In this document: one piece after another, positions 1 through 9,792 of the stretch
How positions within the stretch are numbered: position 1 is the first letter of the stretch
Layout of the letters: each line of letters opens with the position of its first letter
Virus record (IMG/VR): IMGVR_UViG_3300009370_000001
Length of the DNA: 64,000 nt
From: a virus
Taxonomy: Duplodnaviria > Caudoviricetes
Reading direction: 5' to 3' (one strand)
The notes under the pieces: generated by a model
What the model was told of the DNA's origin: nothing
Databases searched by the model: none
What the model saw: the letters and a program-made list of their open reading frames with translations, nothing else
Made by a program: the position numbers and the translations under genes

Positions 1-49
1 CTCTACCACTTTCGATAAATCTTGGGAACCAGGAGAATAACATTAACCT

Positions 50-391
50 ATGGCATCACGATACTCAAAATACAGAATTATTAATAACGGCTTTAGCGGT
101 TATGAATTCTTGCGCAAAGAACGCGGGATCAAAAACATCCGCCAATACGAGACCCCCTATATTTATAACCCCACCGCAGCAGAACGCGGCACCCTACAGA
201 CCACCAATCATATGTGGAAATACGGAGATCGTTTATATCGCTTAGCCGATCAATACTATCAAGATACTCGCTACTGGTGGGTCATTGCACTCTATAATGG
301 TTATGCCACCGAAGCCGACATTAGGATCGGCAGCACATTAACCATTCCGCTTGATATCGAAGCAGCGCTTAAAGTCATGAGGGCTTACTGA
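50..391 (+). CDS. LysM/tail-X-like baseplate protein
   Basis: YGDRLYRLADQYYQDTRYWWVIALYNG...IRIGSTLTIP is a LysM-type motif; sits directly before a large baseplate-like gene. Confidence 0.65.
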   Translation: MASRYSKYRIINNGFSGYEFLRKERGIKNIRQYETPYIYNPTAAERGTLQTTNHMWKYGDRLYRLADQYYQDTRYWWVIALYNGYATEADIRIGSTLTIPLDIEAALKVMRAY

Positions 392-392
392 A

Positions 393-3300
393 ATGGCTGG
401 CGGAGGAGGCGATTTTTCGGACATCACCGGCGGCCCGGCAACGGAAGACCAGAGCATGAGCGAGTGGGAAAGATGGCAACGCGACAACAGGAATGCGAGC
501 GCAATAGAAAAAAAGCGCGCCTTCTTACGGATCGAGGGAAATCTGGACGACGATGAAGTCGATCAGGCGCTAGCTGCCGTCGATGCACACATTCGCGCTG
601 CGACTCTTTATTATGATGAGGTCGAGAAGTGTGTACGGCAAATCAAATTAAATGAAGAAAAAGCTTGTGAATCTTACCAAAAACTTAAAGTTATCTGGGA
701 TAAGAATTTTACCGATACTGATAATCCACGCGGCCATGATGAAGCCTGGACGTCCGAGGCTGGCGCCTTCAATATTACGCTGGAGGCCGCGGACTCTTCG
801 GCGCCGTTCACCCGCCATGGCGAAGAGGTGTCGGCGGCAAATAGATTAGCTATTTCTCTAAAAAATAGTTCTGTTGATAGCCAAATGGCGGCACAATTTT
901 TTGGGGGTGTTTATTTTTATGCTCGTTCAATGGCTGAAAATTCTGCATTTTGTGCAGACTCTCATCGTTCTGGCACGCCGGGCAATATCGCGCGGGGAGA
1001 ACGCCTTAAGTGGCACCATTACGTCACCGGCGAGAGCGACGCTGGTGAGCTTGGACAGAGCGAATATGATTCTGGCACGCTCACCCTCAAAACCGGCCAA
1101 GTGATGCCGAATGCTCTCAAAGAGGAGTATCAAAGAACCGATGTCACCAACGAACAGCGCAAAGGCATTAAAACTCTCATCCAGCACGCTGGAACCTTCC
1201 ACGCACACGCGCATCAAGCTTTTTGGGCTCAACTGGGCGCCCAGGAGGTCGAACAAAGAGAGGGTTCGGCCTGGGAGCGCGCGGTACAGCTTTCTTATTA
1301 CTTTACCTCGGGCGCCGGCGCGCGCGATCAGGTTGCCGCATTTGCCGATGATAGCTATGCCCAAGGACTCTCCCAGGCGCAGGCAACAGATCCCAGCGTC
1401 ACAGTCCCGCGCGGCGCACGATCATGGAAGAATGGCACACTTGCCGAAATGGCTAGTCAGGCAAGGGCTGCCTTGCGGAGGCTCATCGCGGCCGATATTA
1501 ATAGAGCAGCCAACGAAGAACTTCTTAACGATCTTGGGGGACTCCTGGGTCAGTTCTCTCTCTTCGCCAGGAACATAGCCGCGGGCTATGGGTGTTGGTC
1601 GGAGCAATCCCGGATCTTTGCCAATGCTCAGCAAGATTATAACGAGGCGATAGTAGCGCTAGCCGGCGGCGGTCAGGGGCCCCTTGCATATGCCGCGGCT
1701 CTGGTCCGCGGCGACGGATGGGACGGTCTTAATGATTCTCTGATCGACATGCTTGACGATAGCCATAGTGCCTCTACCTATGCTGCGATGGATCGCCAGC
1801 GAACTATTTTTAATGAGCAATGCTTTTTACTTTCTTATATTTCCGATATTGCTGATCACAAAAAACGTCGGGACAGCACTGCGCCGCGTTCTGGCTCCAT
1901 AGCAGCTAGCTGCGGTACCGGCGCGACTCCCGGCAAGGGAGTGCCTTATTTAGGGGAAGCCGGCAACTCTACTTTATTAGTTGATGGAGACTCTTATGGG
2001 TTTCTTAACAAGCTCACGCAGACTGGTGATCAAAAAGTTTTCTTTAATATGAAAAGTGATGTCCTTAATCACTTGCAGCCAATGATTCGGCTGTTTAAAG
2101 TAGCCTACGACAGTGATAACGAAACCACAGAACAAGAGTTTATTTTTAAGTCTTGGGGCGCGCCAAATCTTCAAGAAGTGTTGAAAAGAAAAGAACAACG
2201 CGGCTTTGGAGTGGGAGTAAAAAGCTTTGATTTTTCGTATGAAGGAAATAATCCTTTTGCTGTTAAAAAGAGCATTAAAGCCACTTTAAAGATCTTTGCT
2301 AATAGTATGTCTGAATTATTTGATGTGCACAATGGGATTAGTTATAGTGATTTAGCTCTCAAGACCACACAACCTACTCAGAGCAACAATGATTGCGCGA
2401 CTATTGCTGCTGGAGGTTTTGTCACCGCCATAGGGCAACATTCGGCGCTTGAAGAAGCCAATTTAGATAAATTAAACTTTAGGCTTAAGGCCGTTGTTGG
2501 CTGGGCGCGCCCCTCTGGTCAAGGTCCTTGGAGCACGATGAGCAGTCTCACGAGCGATCCAAATCGTAATAGTAACAACTTACGAGATGCCATTTATCAA
2601 TCTTACACTACTTTAAACTTAACGCCTACCGTTCATAATTTTGAATTTGATGATATGGGGCGTGTCATCTTTACTATTGAATATCTGGCATTTGTAGACG
2701 ATTATTACGATAGCCCGGCATTTAATATTTTTGCCGGCACTGACACAACCATCGAACAAATTATAAGAAATTTACAAATAGAGTTCTATAATCGCAATTG
2801 CAAATCCGAAGAAGCAAGCAACGTTAAAAAAACTCTCGCTGACAGGGCTGCAGCAGAAAAAAGCCAAGCGCTTACTTCTTTAATAGAAAACCTAAAAGGC
2901 AAAAAACGAATTTATTATATAAAACTTCCGTGGTCCGAAGTGGCAGAGTTTAACTCGGCCGGCCCTTTCTACAATTGGAATGCGGGGGAGGGTGCTGGAG
3001 AAGCTTTTCAAATACAAAGCGATAGTGAAAATGATGCTAGCCTAGCGGCCGAAATGGCGACTGCCTTTGACTCTTATAATTTTGCAGATGCGGGAGTCGG
3101 CTCTGAGAGTGAAGAGGCGAATGTTTTTAAGGCATCCCTTCTTGTAGAGAATCCAGAAACAATAAACCTTTCCTTCTTCTATATAAGCGATTTGATCGAT
3201 ACGATTTTAGAATCACTCGAAAAGGAGCTTTCAACGTTGGGCGACCGTCTTTCGGATCGACTGTCAACGGAAGGCTCAGATATTACGCGTTGTCAAGTTA

Positions 3301-4367
3301 CAATGGCAGTTGATAAATATACTCGGGCTTATAAGAATTTTAAAAAATTAAGAATTTTATTAGGCCCGGTGGAGTTTGTGAATCAAGGCGATCAAGGTAC
3401 ACGAGTCTTAGGAGGCGCGAGTGCGATGGTAAACTTCGGTGACATACCTATTTCAGTTCGGTATTTTCTGGAATATCTTGCGGACCAGATGTTGAAAAAA
3501 GAGAGAAGCACGTATACTCTTACGAGTTTTCTTAATGACTTGTTTAACAAGCTCATAAGAGACTTCTTAAACGATGAAACTTGTTTTGATTGGAGTATTA
3601 AACAAAGAGTACGGGTTAATCAAGCAGTTATAACGAGTTATCCGCAACAAGCCGATGGGCTTGATGAAATCGCTGCTAGTATGAAAGCCGCGGGTAAAGC
3701 TCGGATCTCCTTATCGACCTTATCGATGCCCATTTTAAACATCTCCGGCCGCGGCCCAATCTCTTCGCCCGACGTTGCGGACGAAGTCAACTATTTTGTT
3801 TATTTTGCAGGACGTACTGCACCCGCAGAGCGCATGCAAGGAAACAAGCGAGATGATGAAAATGCCGGAATCTTTCACTATCAACTTGGCCGCGGCGAAG
3901 GACTCATTAAAAACATTAAACTCAGTAAAACTGATTCGCGTGGTTTGGCAGAGGTTAGATTCGAACAAGATGGCTATGACGGCTTAAAACAATTGCGTGT
4001 CGTGTACGATACCGAAATCGATTCTTATTCTAATGTTAAAACCTATCCAGGGACTTACATATATGTGGATCCGCGCGGCTTTGCGCCCGATATGAGAGCG
4101 GGAGGAACTGCTACAGAATTTGGCTTGACAGACTTAGGTATTGGCGGTTATTATATGATAGTAAAATCTTCGCATACTTTTGCAGCAGGTCAAGCTGAAT
4201 CTAAAATTTATGCTAAGTGGGTCAATGCCATAGAAAACTCCGCAATTCAAGCTGAAAGAGCTACAGCTACAGGGAACCCGGATGCAGCCACAACAGGGCC
4301 GGCACAATGTCACAGCGCCTTAGCCAATCGAAATGACAATGCCGAGGAAGAGGTGGTGAATCCTTAA
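393..4367 (+). CDS. Large virion protein, probable baseplate hub/tail-associated
   Basis: 1324 aa. C-terminal YPGTYIYVDP...LGIGGYYMIVKSSHTF...SKIYAKW resembles the end of gpD/gp27-type hub proteins; follows the LysM gene. Confidence 0.45.
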   Translation: MAGGGGDFSDITGGPATEDQSMSEWERWQRDNRNASAIEKKRAFLRIEGNLDDDEVDQALAAVDAHIRAATLYYDEVEKCVRQIKLNEEKACESYQKLKVIWDKNFTDTDNPRGHDEAWTSEAGAFNITLEAADSSAPFTRHGEEVSAANRLAISLKNSSVDSQMAAQFFGGVYFYARSMAENSAFCADSHRSGTPGNIARGERLKWHHYVTGESDAGELGQSEYDSGTLTLKTGQVMPNALKEEYQRTDVTNEQRKGIKTLIQHAGTFHAHAHQAFWAQLGAQEVEQREGSAWERAVQLSYYFTSGAGARDQVAAFADDSYAQGLSQAQATDPSVTVPRGARSWKNGTLAEMASQARAALRRLIAADINRAANEELLNDLGGLLGQFSLFARNIAAGYGCWSEQSRIFANAQQDYNEAIVALAGGGQGPLAYAAALVRGDGWDGLNDSLIDMLDDSHSASTYAAMDRQRTIFNEQCFLLSYISDIADHKKRRDSTAPRSGSIAASCGTGATPGKGVPYLGEAGNSTLLVDGDSYGFLNKLTQTGDQKVFFNMKSDVLNHLQPMIRLFKVAYDSDNETTEQEFIFKSWGAPNLQEVLKRKEQRGFGVGVKSFDFSYEGNNPFAVKKSIKATLKIFANSMSELFDVHNGISYSDLALKTTQPTQSNNDCATIAAGGFVTAIGQHSALEEANLDKLNFRLKAVVGWARPSGQGPWSTMSSLTSDPNRNSNNLRDAIYQSYTTLNLTPTVHNFEFDDMGRVIFTIEYLAFVDDYYDSPAFNIFAGTDTTIEQIIRNLQIEFYNRNCKSEEASNVKKTLADRAAAEKSQALTSLIENLKGKKRIYYIKLPWSEVAEFNSAGPFYNWNAGEGAGEAFQIQSDSENDASLAAEMATAFDSYNFADAGVGSESEEANVFKASLLVENPETINLSFFYISDLIDTILESLEKELSTLGDRLSDRLSTEGSDITRCQVTMAVDKYTRAYKNFKKLRILLGPVEFVNQGDQGTRVLGGASAMVNFGDIPISVRYFLEYLADQMLKKERSTYTLTSFLNDLFNKLIRDFLNDETCFDWSIKQRVRVNQAVITSYPQQADGLDEIAASMKAAGKARISLSTLSMPILNISGRGPISSPDVADEVNYFVYFAGRTAPAERMQGNKRDDENAGIFHYQLGRGEGLIKNIKLSKTDSRGLAEVRFEQDGYDGLKQLRVVYDTEIDSYSNVKTYPGTYIYVDPRGFAPDMRAGGTATEFGLTDLGIGGYYMIVKSSHTFAAGQAESKIYAKWVNAIENSAIQAERATATGNPDAATTGPAQCHSALANRNDNAEEEVVNP

Positions 4368-4376
4368 GGAATAGAA

Positions 4377-5672
4377 ATGAGCAAATACGTTAAAAAAACC
4401 ACCATTCCTTTGAAATCGCTGTTTTATAAGCGAACTAAATATTATAGAAAATCTATTACTGCTCGCACTGAGGGGGCTGTCTCACACAATAATTTAATAA
4501 ACTATCATCTGGCAGAGCTTAATATGTATGGAAAAGTTGATCAACAATATGTTCCGATGATCGTAAGACAAAGCGCTCTCCAGAAATTTAATTCTAAAGT
4601 TTTAGTTAATCCGGATGAAACGCATCAAGCAGTTGATTTTGTGGTCGATCTCTTTGAGCAGATGGCCCAACAATTTGAAAAATGTGCAATGATCGGAAAG
4701 ATCAACCCCAACGATCCATTCCTTTCTAATTTAAAAGTTTATAAAGCCTATACCAATCCTACTATACGATATGACCAATATTTTGGATTAATGGCCAACA
4801 CCTTAAAGACACAGCTTAGAAAACGAGGTATTGTTATTTTAACAATGGATGATTTTATGTCAGCCCTTCTTCAAGTTCTCCCAGACGCAGCGCTGCAGGC
4901 ACCATTCACTCAAGTGGCTTGGACTAAAAGTAAATATTGTCCATCACGCGTTAGCGGCCTCGTTGTTGAAATTGCAGATTTAGGATATAACAACGATCAA
5001 GAGAAGATTGATCTTTTTTATAACAGCCTTAATTGGGACTTTTATGTAAAGACGTGTAATTCTTATGGTTTTATTGTAGATTCGTCGGCGCCTTGGCGCC
5101 TCTTAGCTGACCTGGACTCCAAGATAATGATGGACGCTCAATCACGTGCCGGCCACGCCTCTGGTGTCACAGGAACGCTAGGGTCCATTTTTCGTAGTGT
5201 GCCAGTCGCCTATATAAGCCGTTTTGAAAAAGATCTATATAATCTTTTTCTGGTTGTGCGCTCCCCGCATACGACGACCCCAGCTATCTGTGCTTATAGT
5301 AATGAGCTTTCGCCTCTGGTAACTTACGCACCCTCCTATACGTTTGGAGAGTTTAATTCTCTTAAAAGTGCTGAATATTATATTAAAACATATTGTCAGA
5401 TAAGGTTTTTGGAAGAGGAAAGTCATTTCACCCCAGCAGAACAACTACGGCTCATAGATGACTGTATTGGTGTGATGCGCACAGGGCAAATTAATGTAGC
5501 TATTAAAAATTTTGAGTATGTTCTCAATAAACCATTTGACTATATTGGCTCAGTGAGTTATAATAATAAATATGCAAGAGCAAAAGATGAGTACGAGCGA
5601 AAACACGGCGGAGATTGGCGTGAGACCGAACGCGAGGTCCACCGGATTAAAGCCCGTAGAAATCTTAAATAA
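4377..5672 (+). CDS. Hypothetical protein
   Basis: 431-aa ORF with RBS (AGGA), tightly packed between neighbours; no motif recognised. Confidence 0.75.
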   Translation: MSKYVKKTTIPLKSLFYKRTKYYRKSITARTEGAVSHNNLINYHLAELNMYGKVDQQYVPMIVRQSALQKFNSKVLVNPDETHQAVDFVVDLFEQMAQQFEKCAMIGKINPNDPFLSNLKVYKAYTNPTIRYDQYFGLMANTLKTQLRKRGIVILTMDDFMSALLQVLPDAALQAPFTQVAWTKSKYCPSRVSGLVVEIADLGYNNDQEKIDLFYNSLNWDFYVKTCNSYGFIVDSSAPWRLLADLDSKIMMDAQSRAGHASGVTGTLGSIFRSVPVAYISRFEKDLYNLFLVVRSPHTTTPAICAYSNELSPLVTYAPSYTFGEFNSLKSAEYYIKTYCQIRFLEEESHFTPAEQLRLIDDCIGVMRTGQINVAIKNFEYVLNKPFDYIGSVSYNNKYARAKDEYERKHGGDWRETEREVHRIKARRNLK

Positions 5673-5683
5673 ACGAGCAGACG

Positions 5684-6868
5684 GTGATATTTCAGACGTT
5701 AGATGATAAAAGTGAATGTGTAGGTGTTTATTGTGAGGGTAAGCTTTATTATGAAGATTTCCCCACCGAACTCACCCATACATGGAAGTATTCGGGTGGA
5801 CTAGAGAATAGAGATATAGAGTATGCTTCTTTATACTGCGCAGGTCTTTCCTTGGCTGAAGCATGCCCGGCCAAACATCTTGAAGAACTCAAGGCGGCCC
5901 AAAAAAGATTCCGAGCTTATCTAAAATCTTTTGAATTGGCCAAGGTTAATATGCGCGACCATTGTATTTTTGATTTGGTACCCCAAGATTTTCTTAAAAA
6001 GTTTTGCGAGATTAAAAATAAAGTGACAGCTCATGTCATAGAGAACTATTCCAAACCCGAGTGCTATGATCATCTAAAGAATGTATCGGCACTCCTACAC
6101 GATCTTAAGTATCGGCACCTTCATCTAACGAACGAGGGGTGTAAAAAGTTGCACTATTCTTCCTCAAATTCTATGCGAATTAAGAGGCTGCTAAGTGGTC
6201 CTACTCATGTTGATTACAATTTATTCGGAACAGTCACAGGACGCCTTACAACGCGAGCAAATTCGTTTCCTATACTGACCCTTCAAAAGGAATTTAGGAA
6301 GCTTGTAAAACCCCATAACGACTGGCTATTGTCACTTGACTATAACGCTGCCGAGGTACGAACGTTCATTGCGCTAGCCGGCGAAGACCAGCCTCAAGAA
6401 GACGTGCACGAATGGCACATTAAGAATTTAATCCGAGAGGAAATATCTCGGCAAGAAGCAAAGGTAAAGTTTTTTGCGTGGATATATAACAGCGATGCAC
6501 CAGCCAATGAGTTTGAAAGCTATAAGAGAGAAGAGGTGCTCGACAAGTGGTATGACGAAGAATTTGTACACACTCCATTTAAAAGAAAAATAAAGGTTGA
6601 CAAACGCAAAGCTTTGAATTATATTATACAGAGTACCACAGCAGATTTGGTATTAGATCGAGCGGTAGCAATCGATAAATACTTGGAAGATAAAAAATCT
6701 TTTATTGCCTTTGTTGTGCATGATGAAATTGTGATTGATTTAGCTAATGAAGACAGGCATTTAGTACCGGAGATAAAGAAAATGTTCTCGACGAACAAAC
6801 TAGACCAGTTCTTAGTTAATTTAAAATGCGGTAAAGATTATGGCAGCATAGAGGAGTTAAAGTTATGA
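5684..6868 (+). CDS. Compact family A DNA polymerase (polymerase domain only)
   Basis: TVTGRLTT, motif A LDYNAAEVR, motif B RQEAKVKFFAWIY, NYIIQSTTAD, motif C VHDEIV; only 394 aa. Confidence 0.75.
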   Translation: MIFQTLDDKSECVGVYCEGKLYYEDFPTELTHTWKYSGGLENRDIEYASLYCAGLSLAEACPAKHLEELKAAQKRFRAYLKSFELAKVNMRDHCIFDLVPQDFLKKFCEIKNKVTAHVIENYSKPECYDHLKNVSALLHDLKYRHLHLTNEGCKKLHYSSSNSMRIKRLLSGPTHVDYNLFGTVTGRLTTRANSFPILTLQKEFRKLVKPHNDWLLSLDYNAAEVRTFIALAGEDQPQEDVHEWHIKNLIREEISRQEAKVKFFAWIYNSDAPANEFESYKREEVLDKWYDEEFVHTPFKRKIKVDKRKALNYIIQSTTADLVLDRAVAIDKYLEDKKSFIAFVVHDEIVIDLANEDRHLVPEIKKMFSTNKLDQFLVNLKCGKDYGSIEELKL

Positions 6869-7716
6869 TTTCAATTATCGGTATCGGGAACGTCGGTTCT
6901 GCTATTGTAGAAAAGTTTGAAGATATTAGCAATTATGAAGTATATGCTTTAAACAATAAAGTTAAAAGAAATACTAAAAATAAATTTAAGCTAAAACATT
7001 TTGAAGACCCAGATCAATATGAGCAGAATGTACCCGATCTCACAGAGTTTTTTAAAAATGTTCGCGAACGAACACAAGTATTTATTACGGGAGCCTCTCT
7101 TAGCTCTAATTATGGACTAGGCATCTTAGAACAAATTAGGCACACTCGAATAGACCTCTTTTATATTCAGCCCGATACGGAGTTGTTGACCGGCGCCCCC
7201 AAAACAAATGAGAAGATTACTTTTGCAGTACTGCAAGAATATGCGCGCTCTGGGTTATTTAATTCGATCACGATTATTTCCAACGCCCTTCTAGAAAAGG
7301 TAATAGGAGAAATACCTATTAAGACCTATTATGATACCCTGAATAACACGATTTTCTCGATGGTCCATTACTTAAATTTCTTTGAGTTTACAGAGCCCGA
7401 GATTGGTGTAGTATCGACCCCGGCCGCCACAAGTCGCATTCGCGCCATAGCTGCGCTGGATGTAGAAAAACTTGAAGAAAAATGGTTTTTTGAGCTTGAC
7501 GCCCCGCGAGAAGTGTGTTATTATATATGTATAAACGACAAAAGATTAGCGAGTGAGGGAGGCCTTCACAAAAAGCTGGTTGATTTGCTCAAGGAAAAAC
7601 CAAAGAATGCTTTCAAAAAGATTTCATATGCCATTTATGAAACCGAGCACGATGATTTTGGGTTCTGCGTTGCCCACACAAACGTAGTACAAGAACAAAA
7701 AACACTTGACTCTTAA
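6865..7716 (+). CDS. Divergent tubulin/FtsZ-like protein
   Basis: N-terminal ISIIGIGNVGSAI Rossmann loop, FYIQP and ITIISN strands, YDTLNNTI; 283 aa; canonical GGGTG(S/T)G not present. Confidence 0.6.
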   Translation: MISIIGIGNVGSAIVEKFEDISNYEVYALNNKVKRNTKNKFKLKHFEDPDQYEQNVPDLTEFFKNVRERTQVFITGASLSSNYGLGILEQIRHTRIDLFYIQPDTELLTGAPKTNEKITFAVLQEYARSGLFNSITIISNALLEKVIGEIPIKTYYDTLNNTIFSMVHYLNFFEFTEPEIGVVSTPAATSRIRAIAALDVEKLEEKWFFELDAPREVCYYICINDKRLASEGGLHKKLVDLLKEKPKNAFKKISYAIYETEHDDFGFCVAHTNVVQEQKTLDS

Positions 7717-7734
7717 AGTTGGGTGTGTTATACT
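7706..7734 (+). promoter_or_regulatory. Sigma70-type promoter for SSB gene
   Basis: TTGACT-17-TATACT with TG upstream of -10; overlaps the end of the upstream gene. Confidence 0.75.
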
Positions 7735-7760
7735 TTATTCACAAAAGGAGAAATTGAATA

Positions 7761-8528
7761 ATGTCAATTGATATGGAGCTTATGCGCCGCAAGCTCGCAA
7801 CTTTGCGCGGTGAAAACAAAGGTGATTCTACTTCTGTTTGGTTTAAACCAGACGAGGGCGACACCGACATTCGGATCATTCCAACTAACGACGGAGATCC
7901 ACTGAAGGAAATGTTCTTTCATTATAACGTAGGAGACCACAGGGGCGGAATCTTGTGTCCTAAGCGTAATTTTAGTGAGGCATGTCCTATCTGCGAATTC
8001 GCTTCTTCGCTTTGGCGAGAAGGAAGCGAGAAAAACGACGAGGAGAGCAAAAAGCTTGCAAAGTCACTCTTTGTGCGCACCCGCTATTTCAGCCCCGTCG
8101 TTGTTCGTGGTCGAGAAGATGAAGGGATTAAGGTATACGGCTACGGTAAGACCGCATACGAACTCCTTCTCGGCTACATCCTTGACCCCGAGTACGGTGA
8201 TGTTACGGACGCGACCGAGGGTACTGATATTACTCTCACGTATACGAAGCCCACTAAGCCGGGAGCATACCCCCAGACGAGCCTGAAAATGCGTCGTAAT
8301 ACCTCAACTTTGCTTGAGGATACCGAGGCCATCCCCGCCCTCCTTGATGGCATGCCCGACTTTGACTCTCTCTTTGAGCGTCTTAGCCCCGAGCAGGTAG
8401 ACGCTATTCTCGATGAACAACTTGCCGGAGACGGATCCGCTGAGTCGCGTTCACGCGAGACTGCCAAGTACAGCACAACCGAAGCTACTGACGTCGACCG
8501 TGCATTTAATGAACTGGTAGCAGGCTAG
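7761..8528 (+). CDS. Single-stranded DNA-binding protein, T4 gp32-like
   Basis: FKPDEGDTDIRIIP, FHY, CPKRN...CPICE zinc motif, acidic C-terminal tail; replication context. Confidence 0.8.
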   Translation: MSIDMELMRRKLATLRGENKGDSTSVWFKPDEGDTDIRIIPTNDGDPLKEMFFHYNVGDHRGGILCPKRNFSEACPICEFASSLWREGSEKNDEESKKLAKSLFVRTRYFSPVVVRGREDEGIKVYGYGKTAYELLLGYILDPEYGDVTDATEGTDITLTYTKPTKPGAYPQTSLKMRRNTSTLLEDTEAIPALLDGMPDFDSLFERLSPEQVDAILDEQLAGDGSAESRSRETAKYSTTEATDVDRAFNELVAG

Positions 8529-8533
8529 GCTCG

Positions 8534-8570
8534 CCCCGCTGGCAGACCGGGGAATGTCTGCCACCTTTTT
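8534..8570 (+). terminator. Hairpin plus T-run after SSB gene (possible terminator or pseudoknot)
   Basis: TGGCAGAC (8540-47) pairs with GTCTGCCA (8556-63), then CCTTTTT. Confidence 0.5.
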
Positions 8571-8688
8571 AATTAGTATCCAGAGTGGTCAAGGATATAA
8601 ATAAAAAGACCACATTTAACCCAAAAGTGCAATTGTTATGGCTATCGCACTTTCCATTAACAGGCCATTGGCCAAAGGAATATATAAA

Positions 8689-9792
8689 ATGGACACAAAC
8701 ACAGCGAATACCGGCGCCAATACCGGTATCCTCGATGTCAACAATCTTAATGGTGTTGATAATCACCCTAATAACCCGCTCGTTCGCGTGGGCTTTAACG
8801 ACCAAGGAACTATCAATCTAGATGACCTAGAGAGAATCATTAAACTTCAGTTCAATGATGCGAAGTTCTCACACTTCGACTGGTTAGATTTAGATGAGAT
8901 CGATCTCAATTCCTCTAACTGGAAGAACATTGGAATCCGGGATGACTTCGACGAGACTACTCGTATTGAGAGTTTCCGAGTTTCTTTCCGCCGACATGGA
9001 TATGACATGTCGGAATTCCCACCATGTATCGATACTGATGGTGATGTAATGGAAGGACGTACCCGCATTAAAGGAGCTATCCTGAACGGGTATCGCTACA
9101 TGCCAGTTGCAGTCTACACTCGTAGTGTCAAGACAGAACGCAACACCGTCACTAACGGACTGCTTGCCAATCAGAAGAAGCCAGTCTTTATGGCCAGCTT
9201 CAACGATTATGTTGGAGCGGGAGTCAACTTGATTGCCAAGGGACAGCTTAAAGCTACGTCTACGGCTGTTGATGACTGGCTCAATCATGAAGTCAAGATT
9301 GGCCAAGTTATTGATAACGGTATCAATGGAATGGTCACTAAGATTCGCAATGCGATCTTGAACCGCGCCTCGACGCGCGCAGGACTTGTCTGGCGCGTAA
9401 CTAAATCTGAGGCTGAGAAGTGGATCAAGACAAATCTTGGTTTGGCTAAGGCTGACTTTGTTCTGATCAACATGGCAGACAACGAGACATATGCGGAGCG
9501 CGCATGGCGACAAATCCGAGATGCCCTCAAAAACGGCCGCGAGCCGGTGAACCTGATCTTCTACACCACAGACGACGACCCTAACGCTGCACGCGCTGGT
9601 CTGAAGAAGTCTATGGAATATGTAGAAAACTTGTACTGCGATTCGTGGGAAGTGGTTATGAGTCAGTTGCCCGAAGGCATCTCTTTGACAATTCCTCCGC
9701 ACCGCCCCTTTGTTTTTAAGGGAGCGCTGCCGCAGCTTGTTCAGCGTCACAACATCAACAGCAGCAACTTGGTTTCGGTCAATAACTACTGA
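8689..9792 (+). CDS. Hypothetical protein with ParB/Srx-like N-terminal motif
   Basis: PPCIDTDGDVMEGRTRIKGAILNGYRYMPV follows the ParB/Srx pattern; ATG 8689 has an RBS (track start 8638). Confidence 0.4.
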   Translation: MDTNTANTGANTGILDVNNLNGVDNHPNNPLVRVGFNDQGTINLDDLERIIKLQFNDAKFSHFDWLDLDEIDLNSSNWKNIGIRDDFDETTRIESFRVSFRRHGYDMSEFPPCIDTDGDVMEGRTRIKGAILNGYRYMPVAVYTRSVKTERNTVTNGLLANQKKPVFMASFNDYVGAGVNLIAKGQLKATSTAVDDWLNHEVKIGQVIDNGINGMVTKIRNAILNRASTRAGLVWRVTKSEAEKWIKTNLGLAKADFVLINMADNETYAERAWRQIRDALKNGREPVNLIFYTTDDDPNAARAGLKKSMEYVENLYCDSWEVVMSQLPEGISLTIPPHRPFVFKGALPQLVQRHNINSSNLVSVNNY

